Shown: positions 25,031-40,055 of the stretch, piece by piece
Position numbering within the stretch: position 1 is the first letter of the stretch
Layout: every line of letters starts with the position of its first letter
Source: the human T2T-CHM13v2.0 reference genome, Homo sapiens
Length of the DNA stretch: 64,000 bases
Direction: 5' to 3' (one strand)
NCBI RefSeq assembly: GCF_009914755.1
Contig: NC_060942.1
Program-made: the position numbers and the translations under genes
The notes under the pieces: generated by a model
Seen by the model: the letters and a program-made list of their open reading frames with translations, nothing else
Told to the model about the DNA's origin: nothing
Databases searched by the model: none

Positions 25031-28000
25031 TTTGGTGATGTTTGATGGAGGGGTAACACTTAGCAATATCAAGTAATAAAATGATTGGGATAGAATTCCC
25101 AGTTATTCATAATTATGGATATCACTAGGTTCCCATGGGACCAGATGATGCTTTTTGACCACTAATGTTAATATGTTTGCACATTGGTTTTTGACTTGGG
25201 AAGGAAGACATTTTATTATGCATAATCCTGACTACATTGGCAGAGCAGCTTTGAAGTGTTTGTTTATAATAATCTCTGTGGCTTAACCAGAACCCTGGTA
25301 CAGGGCTCACAGACAGGACGGAGCTAGGCAAGGTATATCAGCAAGAGACATAGATATGGGAGCAAAAATCTTTATTAACTAAATTGAGAATCATATAACA
25401 GCTATGTTTGTGGCAGGAACTTCTGTTCAAATCATTGAATTATTTCTAGGGTAGGGGCAGCATATCATGGTTACTTCATCTCAGAAATTTTACAATTCTA
25501 TTCCTCAGCAGCCCACAAAACCCGCCTAGGTCCAACTGGTGCAATGACCCTGGCAATCATTTCATTTGAAAAGGACAGCAAAGTCTCAGTATCACTGGAG
25601 AAATTTTCTAAGGGGTTTATCCACAGCAGAGTTCGTGAAAACAGAGATTTTTTAAAACTCTAATCTCTGTACTATAAATTATGATTGCATCATTGTCCTA
25701 TGGAGGGAAAGACAATGTCACAGGTAGCAGAGGTGGGACAAGAACCTGGAATTCATAAGCAGCTACTACATGCTCCATGACAACTGGGGACACTAAAGCC
25801 TGAAGAAGAGAATATTGAACAAAAATATAGGTGTTTTTTATCATCTAGATAATGAGTATTGCACCTTGATGACAGCATAGGCAACTTGAAGCTCTGTTGA
25901 GCTCAGTTGAATCCCGGATACCAGGAGAAGCAGGAATCCTCCTCAAATACAAAGCCATGGAACATAACCCTTTACTTCCTCTTCAAAACAAAAAGAAAGG
26001 TCTGGTGCCCAATGTTCAGTTTGTTGGAAACTCTAAAATTTAAAATAAAAGCATGCCAAGTTCTGAACATGAATGTATTATACCAGCTATTAAGGATAGA
26101 GAATAAGCAAAGAAACATGCACTTACGTACATACATACAAACATACGTATGCACACCCATATAGTAAGTTGTGGTCTTAGCTCAAAGAATTGTAGAAATA
26201 AACTAATTCAGTTCTCCTATTCATTGGTAAGAGATTTGTTTTTACTTTATTATGCAACCCCCTCTACTAAGTATTATATAAGCAGTATAAGTGATACTTT
26301 GGGTATATTAACTTATACATTGGGTGTTTAATAAAATGACTAACTGAATAAAGGAATAAATGAAACACTGGGCATCAGAGGTTGTATCATCCTCAATCAC
26401 ATAGGATTCAGGCCTGCAGATTTCCTATTCTTCCATCTTGTATTGAACCGGAATAACATATTTCAACGTTCAAGTTAGATGGCTTATAATTGATCCCTAA
26501 TAGCTTCAGAGGGCCTTAAAAATCTGTTAGTACTTCAAGACTTTGATATTCCTATTGAATCAAATGATAAATATAATAACTTTGGAGTACATTGTTCAGC
26601 ACATTTTTTTCTTGAATTCTGATTATTATCTAGGAAGGAAAAGGTAGACCTGGAGAACAGGTGAAATGCACCAAAGGATTCTTCTGAACTTTATTCTCCA
26701 ACAAGTCTTCGAATCTCTCCCTAAAGTAATGCGGGTCAGTAAATTTCTGAAAGTTCAGAAACATTTTCCCTGTCCTGCTTTGAGTCTAGTTGAGGCGCTG
26801 ATGCTGCTAGTTAGGAATTGTAAGGAAACTAAATTATGATTTGTTATTTAAACATAAAAAGTTACTGGTGGCTTGGAGCTAAATAATACTACTATGCTAA
26901 ACAACTAGATATTAAAAAATAAAAAGTTAAAGTTGTTTATCTCCTTTAAGGGGTCATTAATATTGGAAGGTCCAATATCAAAATAGAAACGTCTGCAGCA
27001 CTGAGACCTGAACTGCATGGAGGAATTGGATTTCTGCAATTAGAATATCATGTGTGAAAGAAAAACCAAAGCAGGACTCTGCAATGTCACTAGAAGAGCA
27101 AGCATAATAAATGTGAAGAAACCTAAGATCATAAACATGACTATGTCATTTACAATTCTGATGATAACGACAGACATATTTGTGACTTCACAGCCTGCTA
27201 TTAATACTATAAGCTTCAATCTTTATAAATTCATTTGTTTTATCATCTGAGTGAGTGCATAAGGAAACTTTTTCCTTAACTTTGATGTAAAGTCTAAATC
27301 AAATGCAATTTTAGTGATCTCCCATGGCACATAAAAGAAGAGAGAAGAGATTTAGATTGACTCTAGGTTTAATGGACTCTCAAGCCACACACATAATGGT
27401 AGCTCTTATCATGAGACTACCAAATAATGTCAGCCATTGACAAGGTTTAGATATGTTGCACAGCCTGTAGGTTTTGAGTCTTCAGGAACAGCGGTGGTAC
27501 TCCAAAAAATTACTACTGGCCACCTTAAAGCTAATTCTAATTTGCTCAATATTTTTATCTCTGCTAAATTGCACCTCACATAAAGTTTTTCATGTCTAAG
27601 ACCATGGATGAAAAGTATCCTTGAATGCATATTGTGTTACAATTGAAAAGCTATTATATTCTCTGTTTTCTAGAATGTTTGAAAGAAACGAATCAAGGTC
27701 CAATATAGAATATGCTTTCCTGTCTATATAGAAAAGATGCCAATGAATTTATAGTAAAAGAAATCAAGGTGAGAGAAAGATTTTATAATGGCTGATCTAC
27801 TTTAATTTTTTTATTCAAGTTATTATTTCTTAATATTAATAAATTCTACTCTGATTGGATTTCTAACTTACCTATAGACTATCATAGCTCTTTTAAAACT
27901 GTGGTCATGTAGTCAAACCACTACAAAATATTAACAAATGGCATATTCACATGGTACCCAAGTATACAGTTAAAATTTCCTCAAGAGAAACAATGATAGA

Positions 28001-28124
28001 ATATTATTTCCTACACTTGATTGTGTGAAGATTAGGTACCCAATTCAATTGCAAGGAGACCAAAATTAAGAAATGTGTAGAGAATTCAAACTGCCCCTTT
28101 CATTGTGGGCATATAAGATTCTTC

Positions 28125-28325
28125 CAGTTGCACACTGTTGTGTAATAAGTCACTTCAAAACCTAGTGTCTTAGAAAAAATGTACTATTCTCATAAATCTG
28201 CACTTCAGGCTATCTGTACTAAATTTTGCATTGGCTGTGACAACTCAAAGCATGGGATCTAGTATCTTCTGTATGCTTCCTCATTCAAATCTGATGAATG
28301 GATTAGAAAGATTCAAACAGCTGAA
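28125..28325 (-). mobile_element. MLT1-type MaLR LTR fragment
   Basis: TGTTGTGTAATAAGTCACTTCAAAACCTAGTGTCTTAG...ATTCTCATAAATCTGCA resembles the antisense MLT1 3' end. Confidence 0.5.
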
Positions 28326-28858
28326 CGATAACCCAATAGAACTTTTGCCATTTTAGAAACTTCAATGTGAGTTATACAAACCATCTGCTTTTCCAAATAA
28401 AAAGAAAGCATAAAACTAGAGTAGATACACCTCCACAGAAGAAAACACAATATTTGTGTTCTAAGGCAGAAAACCATAGTTTAAGGTTCTAAATAATTAC
28501 TGTATCCCCTGACCCATCTGACAAGCATATAATTCAGTAAATCTATTTCAAACATAAATGCTCCATCAAAAACCATTAGTAATGATTAGAAAGGAAAGAA
28601 GAGAGAATCGATAAATAAATATGATCCAAAAAATTGGATAAAAGACATAATAATAAAATTAAGATAAACATCATATATCAGAAAAATTGCCACAAAGTTT
28701 AGAAAACAATATTAAGAGATTTTTCAAAACACAAGTGCCTTAGATAAAATAAAATTGAATTAACTCAAATTCTTTTTTAGTTAAAATAAAATAAATAAAT
28801 AAAGTAAATTGAACTAATAAAAAGATAACTGTGAAAATAATAAATAGGGGAATAAAAT

Positions 28859-30837
28859 AGAGCATACCTTGGAGATACTGCAGATGAGCTCTAAATCACA
28901 CAATAAGGCAAATTCTGCAATAAAACAAGTCACATGAATTTTTTGGTTTTCCATTGTATATAAAAGTTATATATATATACTACACTGTAGTCTACTAAGT
29001 GAACAATTGCATCATGTCTAAAAAAATACCTTATTTTAAAAGTGCTCTATTGCTAAAAAGGCAATCATCTGAATCTCCAGAGAATGCTAATATTTTTGCT
29101 AGTGGAGAGTCTTGCCAGTGTTGGTGGCTGCTGACTGAACAAGGTAGTGGTTGCTAAAGGTTGGGATAGCTGTGAGCATTTCCTAAAAGAAGACAGCAGT
29201 GAATTTTACTGCATCAATGGACTTTTCCTTTCACAAAAGATTTCTCTGTAGCATACCATGCTGATTGATAGCACTTTACCCATAGCAGAACTTCTTTCGA
29301 AATTGGAGTTAATCCTCTCAAGCCCTGCTTCTGATTTATCAACTAAGTTTATGTGATATTATGTAATATTCTAAATCCTTTGTTGTCATTTCAGCAGTGT
29401 TCATAGCTCTTCACCAGGAGTAGATTCCTTCTCAGGTAACCACTTTCTTTGCTCATGCTTAAGAAGCAACTCCTCATCTGTTGAAGTTTTACCATGAAAA
29501 TGCAACAAATCAGGCCCATCTTTAGGCTCCATTTCTAATTCTAGTTATCTTGGTATTTCCACCGTATCTGCCATTACGTACTCCACTCAAGTCTTGAACC
29601 CCTCAAAGAAATTCTTGAAAGTTGAAATCAACTTCTTCCAAACTCCTGTTAATGTTGATGCTTTTATTTCCTCCCATGAATCACAAATGTTCTGAATGGC
29701 ATTTAGAATGGTAATTACTTTCTAGAAGGTTTTGGATTTACTTTGCCCAGATCTGTCATAGTAATCACTATTTATGGCAATTATACACTTAAAAAATGCA
29801 TTTCTTAAATAATAAGACTTGAAAGTCAAAATTATTTCTTGAACCATGGGCTAGAGAACAGATGCTGTATTAGTAGGCCTGAAAACATGAATCTTGTATG
29901 TCTCCATCAGAGCTCTTTGGTGACTAGCTACACCTTCAATGAACAGTGATATTTTAAAAGGATTTTTTTTTTCTGAGTGGTAGGTCTCAACAACGGACTT
30001 AAAATATTTAGTAACAAATGCCATAAACAGATGTTATATCACCCACTCTTGTTTAATTTATAGAGCAAGGGCATAGTAGTTTTAGAAGAATTCTTAAGGG
30101 ATTTAGGAATTTTAGAATGGTAAATGAGCACTGGCTTCAAATTAAAGTGACCAGCTGCATTAGATCCTAACAAGAAAGTCAATCTATCCTTTGAAGGTTT
30201 GAAGCTCCTGGAGATGACAGTCTTAGATGGCATTTTCTTCCAATATAAGGCTGTTTTGTCTGTATCAACAATCCTTTTTTTTTTTTTTAGTGTAACCACC
30301 TCCATCAATGATCTTAGCTAAGATCTTCTGGATAACTGGCTGCAGCTTCTACATTAGTACTTGTGGCTTCACCTTGCACTTTTATGTTATGGAGACAGCT
30401 TATGTTATGGAGACAGGGTTATTAGTTGGTCTAATTTCAATGGTGGTGTGTCTCAGGGAATAGGAAGTCCCAAGAAAAGGGAGATAGATGAGGGAACAGC
30501 TGAAGGGTGGAGCAGTCAGAACACACACAACATTTATAAATTAAGTTTGCTATCTTATGTGGGTGAGGTCCATGACACTTCAACAAAATTACAATAGTAA
30601 CATCAAAAATCATTGATTACAGATCACCAGAACAGATATAATAATAATGAAAAACTTTGAAATATTGTGAAAATATTCCAAGAATGTAACAGAGGCACGA
30701 AGTGAGCACATGCTCGCTGTTGGATAAAGGGCACCAATAGACACTGAACGCAGGGTTACCACAAAACTTCAGCTTGTAAAAAAAATGCAATATCTGTGAA
30801 GCACAATAGAGAAATACAATAAAATGAGGTATGCCTG
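28859..30837 (-). mobile_element. Tigger1 DNA transposon with internal deletion
   Basis: Both TIRs present (GCATACCTTGGAGATA... and ...ATGAGGTATGCCTG|TA). ORF 30039-30308 gives DKTALYWKKMPS...KDRLTFLLGSNAAGHFNLKPVLIYHS, the Tigger1 DDE region. ~1.98 kb vs the ~2.4-kb consensus. Confidence 0.96.
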
Positions 30838-30839
30838 TA

Positions 30840-31188
30840 TATGAATGACAGATGAGGAAGTAGGACATATGCATAATTGATAGTACTAAAGAACAGAATA
30901 AATTTATCAAATTTTTTGAAAACACATGTTTGAAATACAGAAAACCTAGAACCTGCAGGAAAAAGTACAGTATTTAAGGGATAAAAGGATAAGTAATAAT
31001 TACTATCTATCTATCTACAGCGGTAACATTTATTTTAAAAGTCTTTGAAGATAAGGATAGAATACAAAAGGCATCCAGAAAAAAAAAGTTTTGTCACCTA
31101 TAATGGGGAAAATATCAAAGTGATACCAGCACTCCAAATAGCACATTTCATGCTGAATATCATTTCCAAAGAGAGAAATTTTTCATTT
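30840..31188 (+). mobile_element. Very old L1 ORF1 remnant, host of Tigger1 and the L1PA15/16 (continues ~28500-28858 and ~38290-38420)
   Basis: ORF 31045-31254 contains FVTYNGENIKVI, resembling the ORF1 motif VTYKGxxIRL; A-rich ORF1-like sequence on the other sides of both insertions. Confidence 0.5.
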
Positions 31189-34100
31189 AAAAGAGTTTTG
31201 CATAGGAACCAAGATGGCCAGCTAACTGCAGCCAGGAAGAACTTCCCACACTGAGAGAAACCAGACCATCAAGTAGACTGACACACTCCAAACAGATTTT
31301 CAGAAAGAAGACATTAAGAGTAGACAGAGGGAGGACACAGACCCCAGGCTGAAGTGGGAGGAAGCTGGGAATCCTGCACTGAGTCGCTGAGCACAAGGAG
31401 TTGTACCTGGGCAGGGCTGCCTTGCCCGTGAGATGGGGCCAGTCTGATCTCTGAGTACCTGCCTACCTGCCAGCCTCTCCAAGAGTACCTACCTGGTTGC
31501 ACCCACTTGCAGTGCAGCCTCAGCTGCCCAATTGAAGTGTTTGCCAGCAGCTGCCATCATAGCTCTTTTGCCAGCAGATTCAGCCTACCCATCAGAATGC
31601 TTTTGCAGACTGACTCCTACCAGTGTTCACCCACCCACAGCCTTCCCCCACCAGCACACACTCATCCACAGCCTCCAACTGCCACCCTAACAGCTTGCAT
31701 CTGCACAGGGCCCCACCACTGCCTTATCAAAGAGTTTTTGCTGGCAGCTCCATCGGAGTGTTGGTAGAGAAGACTGGGAACACCATGGCCTCTCCAGTGC
31801 AGCAGGTGCTTAAACTTGAGGGGCCAGAGGACAAAGCCACAGGCTTGGTTCTAGCCCCCTAGGGCAAAATCATGCAGCCCAGGAGTGCTAAGCCAAGCCT
31901 TGATCCACTGAAAACATCCAGCAATGAAGCCAACTGACTGAATTTAACTTACACTGCAGTCACCCCCTCAAGGGCATCAAAGAATATCTAAGCAAAAAGC
32001 CCGTTCCAAATGACAGAAACCTCAAGAATTAAAGGAATATCAGCCCACTCACATGAGAAAGAACCAGCAAAAGAACTCTGGCAACTCTAAAAGCCATGTG
32101 TCTTCTTATCTGCAAATCACCGCATTAACTCCCCAGCAGTGGTTCTTAACCAGACACAAATGGCTGAAATGAGAGACAGAATCCAGAATCTGGGTGGCAA
32201 GGAAACTCACTGAGATATAGGAGAAAGTTGAAACCCAATCCAAGGAAAACAGTAAAGAGTCCAAGAGTTAAAGGTGACACATCCATTTTAAAAAAGAACA
32301 AAACTGAACTTCTGGAAATGAAAAATTTACTGCAGGAATTTCAGAATACAATCAGAAGCATTAATAATAAAATAGACTATGCTTGGAATGTCAGAGCTCT
32401 GAGACCACTCCTTTGAATCAACACAGGCAGACAAAAATTTGAAAAGAACAAAACAAAATGAACAAAGCCTGCAAGAAATATAGGATTATGTAAAGAGGAC
32501 AAGCCTACAACTCATTGGCATTCCTGAAAAAGATGGAGAGGGAGCAAGCAACTTGGTAAACAGATTTGAAGATATTGTCCACAAAAATTTCTCCAACCTT
32601 GCTGGAGAAGTCAACACGCAAATTCAGAAAATTCCCACAACCCCTGTAAGGTACTATACAAGATGACCACCCCCAAGACACATAGCCCTCAAATTCTCTG
32701 AAGTCAATGTGAAAGAAAAAATCTTAATGGCAGCTAGAGAGAGACAAGTTACATGCAAAGGAAATCCCATCAGGCTAACAGCAGACTTTTCAGCAGAAAC
32801 CATACAATCAAGAAGAGATTGGGAGCCTAGATTCAACATCTTTAAAAAAAAGAAATTCCAACTAATAATTTTATATCCATCCAAATTAAGCTTCCCTAAT
32901 TAAGCTAAGGAGAAATAAAATGCTTTCAGACAAGCAAATGCAAAAGGAATTCATTACCACAAGAACTTCCTTACAAGAGATCCTTAAGGGAGTGCTAATC
33001 ATGGAAATGAAGGCTGTTACCTGCCACCTCAAAAATGCACTTAAGTTCATAGCCCACTGACACTGTGAGAAACCATACAATGAAGTCTATGTAACAGCCG
33101 GGTGACAACATGATGACAGTATCAAATTATCACATATCAGTATTAACCTTGAATGTGGATGCACTTAATATCCCACTTAAAAGACAGAGAATGGCAAGTT
33201 GGATAAAGAAGCAAGACCTAACTGTATGCTGGCTTTAAGAGACCCATCTCACATGCAATGACTACACTAAGCTGAAAATAAAAGGATGGAGAAAGATCTA
33301 TCAAGCAAACAGAAAACAAGCAAGAGCAAGCATTGCTATTGTTAGTTCAGATAAAACAGATTTTAAGCCAATGACTTTTAGGAAAGGACAAAAAAGGGCA
33401 TTACATCATGGTAAAGGATTCAATTTAACAAGAAGACTTACCTATCCTAAATATATGTGTATCAAACATTCAAGCACCCAGATTTGTAAAACTAGTTCTT
33501 AGATACCTACTAAGAAACTTAGATAACCACATAATAAGTGTGGGAGATATCAAGACTGAACTGATAGTACTAGACAAATTATTAAAGCAGAAAACTAACA
33601 AAAATATTCGGGACCTAACTCAACACTTGACCAAATGAACCTAACAGACATCTACAGTACTATTTGCCCCCATAAAACAAGAGTATACTTTCTTCTCATC
33701 TGCACATACTCTAAGATCAGCCACATCCTCAGCCATAAAGCACTTCTCCACAAATTCAAAACACCTGAAGTCCTACCAACCATACTATTGGATCACAGTG
33801 CAATACAAACAGAAATCAATACTATGAAGATCTCTCAAAACCATACAATTACATGGAAATTGAACAACCTGATCCTGAATGACTTTTGGGTAAAAATGAA
33901 ATTGAAGCAGAAATCAAAATATTATTTGAAACTAATGAAAGCAAAGATACAACATGCCAGAATTTCTGGGACACAATTAAAGCATGTTAAGAGGAAAGTT
34001 TATAGCACTAAATGCCTACATCAAGAAATTAGAAAGATCTCAAATTAACAACATAACATCACACTTAGAGGAACTGGAAAAACAAGAGCAAGCCAACCCC

Positions 34101-34318
34101 AAAGCTAGCAGAAGGAAAGAAATAACCAAAATTAGAGTTGAACTGAAGGAAATTAAGGCACAAAAATCCATATCAATGAAACCAAAAGTTGGTTTTTGAA
34201 AGAGTAAATAAGATTGATAGATGGTTAGCTAGATTAATAAAGAGAAAAAGAAGATCCAAATAAACACAATCAGAAATGACAAATGTGATAATACCACCTC
34301 ATAGAAATATAAAAAACT

Positions 34319-34655
34319 GGCCAGGTGTGGTGGCTCATGCCTGTAATCCCAGCACTTTGGGAGGCTGAGGCCAGCAGATCCTTTGAGGTCAGGAGTTCAA
34401 GACCAGCCTGGCCAACATGGTGAAACCCCATCTCTACAAAAATACAAAAATTAGCCAGGCATGGTGGCACATGCCTGTAATCCCAGCTACTCAGGAGGCT
34501 GAGGCAGGAGAATCATTTGAACCTGGGAAGCAGAGGTTGCAGGGAGGCAGAGGTTGCAGTGAGCCGAGATCGAGCCACTGAACTCCAGCCTCGGCAACAG
34601 AATGAGGCTCCGCCTCAAAAAAAAAAAAAAAAAAAAAAAGAAAGAAAGAAAAGAA
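34319..34655 (+). mobile_element. AluS (Sx/Sz-like) inserted in L1 ORF2
   Basis: Full dimer with long A/(GAAA) tail; perfect 14-bp TSD AGAAATATAAAAAA at 34303-34316 and 34656-34669. Confidence 0.97.
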
Positions 34656-35505
34656 AGAAATATAAAAAAGCCTTCAAAGACCATTATGAATGCCTCAATG
34701 GACACAAACTAGAAAACCTAGAAGAAATTAATATTTCCTGAAAACACACAGCCACCCAAGATTGAAATGTGAAGATATTAAATCCTGAACAGACCAATAA
34801 TTGGTTCAAAAATTGAATTAGTATTTAAAAACCTAGAAACTAGAAAAAAAAACCCTAGAACATTTAGATTCACAACCAAATTCTACCAGACAGATTAAGA
34901 AGAGCTGGAACCAATTCTACAAAAATCACTCCAAAAAATTGAGGAGGAGTGACTCTTCCCTAAATCATTCTAAGAGACAAGCAGCATTCTGATACCAAAA
35001 CCTGGCAGAGACACAAGGAAAAAAGAAAATTTAAGACCAATATCCTTGATGAACATAGACACAAAAATATTCAACAAAATTCTATCAAATCCAATCCAGC
35101 AACACATAAAAATGTCAATAAACCATGATCAAGTAGTCTTTATTTCGGTGATGAAAGGTTGCTTCAACATACACAAATCAGTAAATGTGATCTATCACAT
35201 AAACAGAACTAAAAACAAAAAATCACATGATCATCTCAATAGATGTAGAAAAAGCTTTTGATAAAATTCAACATCCCTTTATGTTAAAAATTCTCCACAA
35301 AATAGGCATTGAAAGAACATACCTCAAAATAATAACCGTCTATGACAAACCAACAACCAACATCGTACTAAACAGGCAAAAGCTGGAAGCATTCCCCTTG
35401 AGAACCAGAACAAGAAAATGATGTCCACTCTCACGACTCCTATTTAACATATTACTGAAAGTCCTAGTCAGGGCAATCAGACAAGATAAGTAAATGAAAG
35501 GCAAC

Positions 35506-35919
35506 TGATATGGATAGGATCTGTATCCCTACCCAAATCTCAAGTTGAAATGTAATCCCCAGTGCTGGGGGTGGGGCCTGGTGGGATGTGATTGGATCAT
35601 GGGGGTGGTTTCTTATGGTTTAACACCATTCCCCTCGGTGCTATCATGGCGATAGTGAGTTCTCGTGAGATCTGGTTGTTCCAAAAGTGTGTGGCACCTC
35701 CCCCACTCTCTCTCTTCCTCCTGCTCCAGACATATAAGATGTGCCTGCTTCCCCTTTGGCTTCTGTCATATTTGTAAGTTTCCTGAGGCTTCCCCAGAAT
35801 CAGAAGCAACTATGCCTCCTATACAGCCTGTAGAACTGTAAGGTAATTAAATCTCTTTTCTTTATAAATCACCCAGTCTCAGATATTTCTTTATAGCAGT
35901 ATGAGAACAGACTAACACA
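35506..35919 (+). mobile_element. MSTA MaLR solo LTR inserted in L1 ORF2
   Basis: TGATATGG...CCCAAATCTC...GAACAGACTAACACA; flanks GCAAC / ACATC are each one change from the L1 target GCATC. Confidence 0.93.
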
Positions 35920-37583
35920 ACATCCAAATAGGAAGAGATGGGGATAAATTATCTTTGTAGATAATTTGATTCTATACAGAGACAACTCCATAGTCTCTGC
36001 CCAAAGGCTCCTAGAACTGAAAAACCATTCCAGTCAAGTTTCAAGAGAAAAAGTCAATGTGTAAAAATTAGTGGCATTTCTATACACCAATAACGAACAA
36101 GCTGAAAGCCAAATAAAACCATTCACAACAGCCACAAAAGGAATAAAATATCTAGGAATGCAGCTAACCAGGGAGGTGAAAGATCTCTGCAATAAGAATT
36201 ACATAACATGGCTGAAAGAAATCAGAGACAACACAAACAAATGGGAAAACATTCCAGGCTCATGGATAGGAAGAATCAATAGCATTATGATGGTCATACT
36301 TCTGATAGCAATTTACAGATTCAATTATATTCCTATCAAACTATTAACGTCATTTTTTAAAGAATTAGAAGAAGCAATGCTGAAATTAATATGGAACCAA
36401 AACAGAGCTTGATAGCCACAGCCATTCTAAGCAAAAAAGAACAAAGCTGGAGGCATCACACAAACTAACTTCATATACTATGAAGACACTTAATCAAAAC
36501 AGCATGGTACTGGTACAAAAACAGACACATATACCAATGGAACAGGTTAGAGGACCCAGAAATAAAACCACACACCTACAACTTACAAGCCACACACCTA
36601 CAACAATAACCTTGCTATTGTCTACAATAACAAACAATGGGATTAGGGCCCCCTATTCAATAAACAGGGCTGGGATAACTGGCTAGCCACATGCAGGAGA
36701 TTGAAGCTGGACCCCTTCCTTTCACCATCTATGAAAATAAACTCAAGATGGATTAAATACTTACATGTAAGACCTGAAACTATTTTTAAAACCTTGAAGA
36801 ACGCCTACGAAATAGCATTCTAGACATAGGCATTGACAAAGATTTTATGATGAAATCCCTAAAAGCAATTGCAACAAAATCAAAAATAGACAAGTTAGAC
36901 CTAATTAAAGAATTTCTGCACAGCAAAAGAAACTATCAACAGAGTAAACAGCCTACAGAATGGGAGAAAATATTCACAAAATATGCATCCCACAAAGGTC
37001 TAGTATCCACAATCTGTAAGGAACTTAAACAAATCAACAAGCAAAAAGCAAAGAACCCAATTAAAAAATGGGCCAAGTACCTAAACAGACACATCTTAAA
37101 AGAATTTATACAGCATGGCCAACAAGCATATGAAAAAATGCTCAACACTTCTAATCCATTAGAAAAATGAAAATCAAAACCACAGTGAGGTAACATCTCA
37201 CACTAGTCAGAATAGCTATTATTAAAAAGTCAAAATATGAGAGATGTTGCTGAGGATGCAGAGAAAAAGGAATGCTTATACACTGCTGGTGAGAATATAA
37301 ATTAGTTCAGCCACGGTGGAAAGCAGTTTGGAAATTTCTCAAATAACTTAATACAGAACTACCAATCAACCCAGCAATACTATTAATGAGTATATACCAA
37401 AAGAAGTGTAAATCATTCTACCAAAAAGACACATGCACTCATATATACATCACAGAATTATTCATAATAGCTGAGGCATGGAGTCAATTTAGATGCCCAT
37501 CAATGGTGGACTGGAGAAAGAAAATGTGGTATTTATACACTATGGAATACTATGTTGTGATTAAAAAAAAAAAAGAACAAAAT

Positions 37584-37957
37584 TGATATGGTTTGACTGT
37601 GTTCCCACCCAAATCTCATCTTGAATTGTATTTCCTATTATGTCTACATGTCCTGGGAGGGACTCAGCGGGAGGTAAGTTAATCATGGAGGTGATTACCC
37701 TCCTGCTGTTCTTGTGATATTGAGTGAGTTCTCATCAGTTCTGGTGGTTTTATGAGTCTTTTCCCCCTTTGGCTTGGCATTTCTCCTTGCTGCCACCATG
37801 TGAAGAAGGATGTGTTTGCTTCCCCTTCCACCATGATCCTAAGTTTCCTGAGGCCTCCCCAGCCATGCTAAGCTGTGAGTCAATTAAACCTCTTTCCTTA
37901 ATAAGTTACCCAGTTTCAGTTATGTCTTTCTTAGCAGTGTAAGAACAAGCTAATACA
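37584..37957 (+). mobile_element. THE1C-type solo LTR inserted in the L1 3' region
   Basis: TGATATGGTTTG...CTAATACA with a perfect 5-bp TSD AAAAT. Confidence 0.95.
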
Positions 37958-38436
37958 AAAATTATTATTATTATTTGCACCAGCATGGATGGGACTTGAG
38001 ACCACTATCCAAAGTGAACTAATGCAGAAACAGAACATCGATTACACTGGGAACAAGGAAGAAAGAGTAGACAGTGAGCCCTACTTGAATGGGGAGGGTG
38101 AGAGAAAGGTAAGGGTTAAAAAGCTACCTATTGGGTGCTATACTCACTACCTGGATGACACAACCATTTGTACACCAAACCCCAGTGACATGAAAATATT
38201 CATGTAAGAAACCTTCACATGTATCTCCTATACCTAAAATCCAAGTTGAAAAAATAAATATATATATATATTTAAAAACAGCTTCGTATTTAGCCATATG
38301 TCATTTAAATATTCTGATATATAAAAGCTTTTGAATAATATAGAAACCATTAAATTTATAGGAAACAAGAAACTCCCTACTTAAATAAAAGTAAAATGCA
38401 ATAAATACCTTCAAATAAAGTAAATAAAAAGGATTG

Positions 38437-39500
<1,064 letters not shown>

Positions 39501-39630
39501 AAAGCTTAACAAAGCCAGCAGAGGCTTTCTTTATATCTCCCATACTGCTATAGAAACCCTCTTAATTTTTCAATACTTAGCCAAAATATCACAATATTTT
39601 ATTGTCTTCTAATTTCTTCCTATTATAATA

Positions 39631-40055
39631 TTCATTCTTTCTTTCTTTCATTCAACAAGTATTTGAGAATTTGCTATATGTTGCTAAGTATTAGGTTGCA
39701 GGATTTAACAAAATAAAGAAATCCTCAGCTTCAAAGTGTTTGTATTCTAATAAAAGGCACAGAAATAACCAAATAAATATACACGTTACCCAGAAGTAAA
39801 TAATACAAAATCACTATAAAAAAATCAGAGTGACAGATAGAGTACACATAGATAGGGTATTCAGAAAGCCTTACTGAGGTTTACTTTGAAGCCAAGATTA
39901 CAAATAAGCCAGAAAGCAAGGGAGGCAAATATCTGAGGAAAGTGCATTCCTAAGAGATGAGCAGGTGAAAAATGCCCTGATGCTGGGATATACGTGGTAA
40001 GTTGAAGGCACAATAAAGAGACAGGTGTAATGAGACTGGGTAAATGAAGGGGAGC
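39631..40055 (-). mobile_element. L2a remnant
   Basis: TTCATTCAACAAGTATTTGAG...GAAAGCCTTACTGAGG...GGAAAGTGCATTCCTAAG...AAATGCCCTGA is the antisense L2 3' end. Confidence 0.75.

Larger units (their letters stand above)
31204..38274 (+). mobile_element. Full-length degenerate L1 (L1PA15/16-like) with nested Alu, MSTA and THE1C
   Basis: 5'UTR GGAACCAAGATGGCC; ORF1 debris (KEKILMAARERQVTCKGNPIRLTADFSAET); ORF2 debris from ~33110 ([31 protein letters not shown]); L1PA15/16-type 3'UTR. Degenerate TSD AAAAGAGTTTTGCAT (31189-31203) / AAAACAGCTTCGTAT (38275-38289). Many stops and frameshifts. Confidence 0.93.

Noticed and set aside
30039-30308. Domesticated TIGD1-like gene
   Set aside because: It is only a fragment of Tigger1 transposase; the start codon and DNA-binding region are deleted and the rest is frameshifted
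31204-38274. Active full-length L1
   Set aside because: ORF1 and ORF2 are broken by many stops and frameshifts and by three nested insertions
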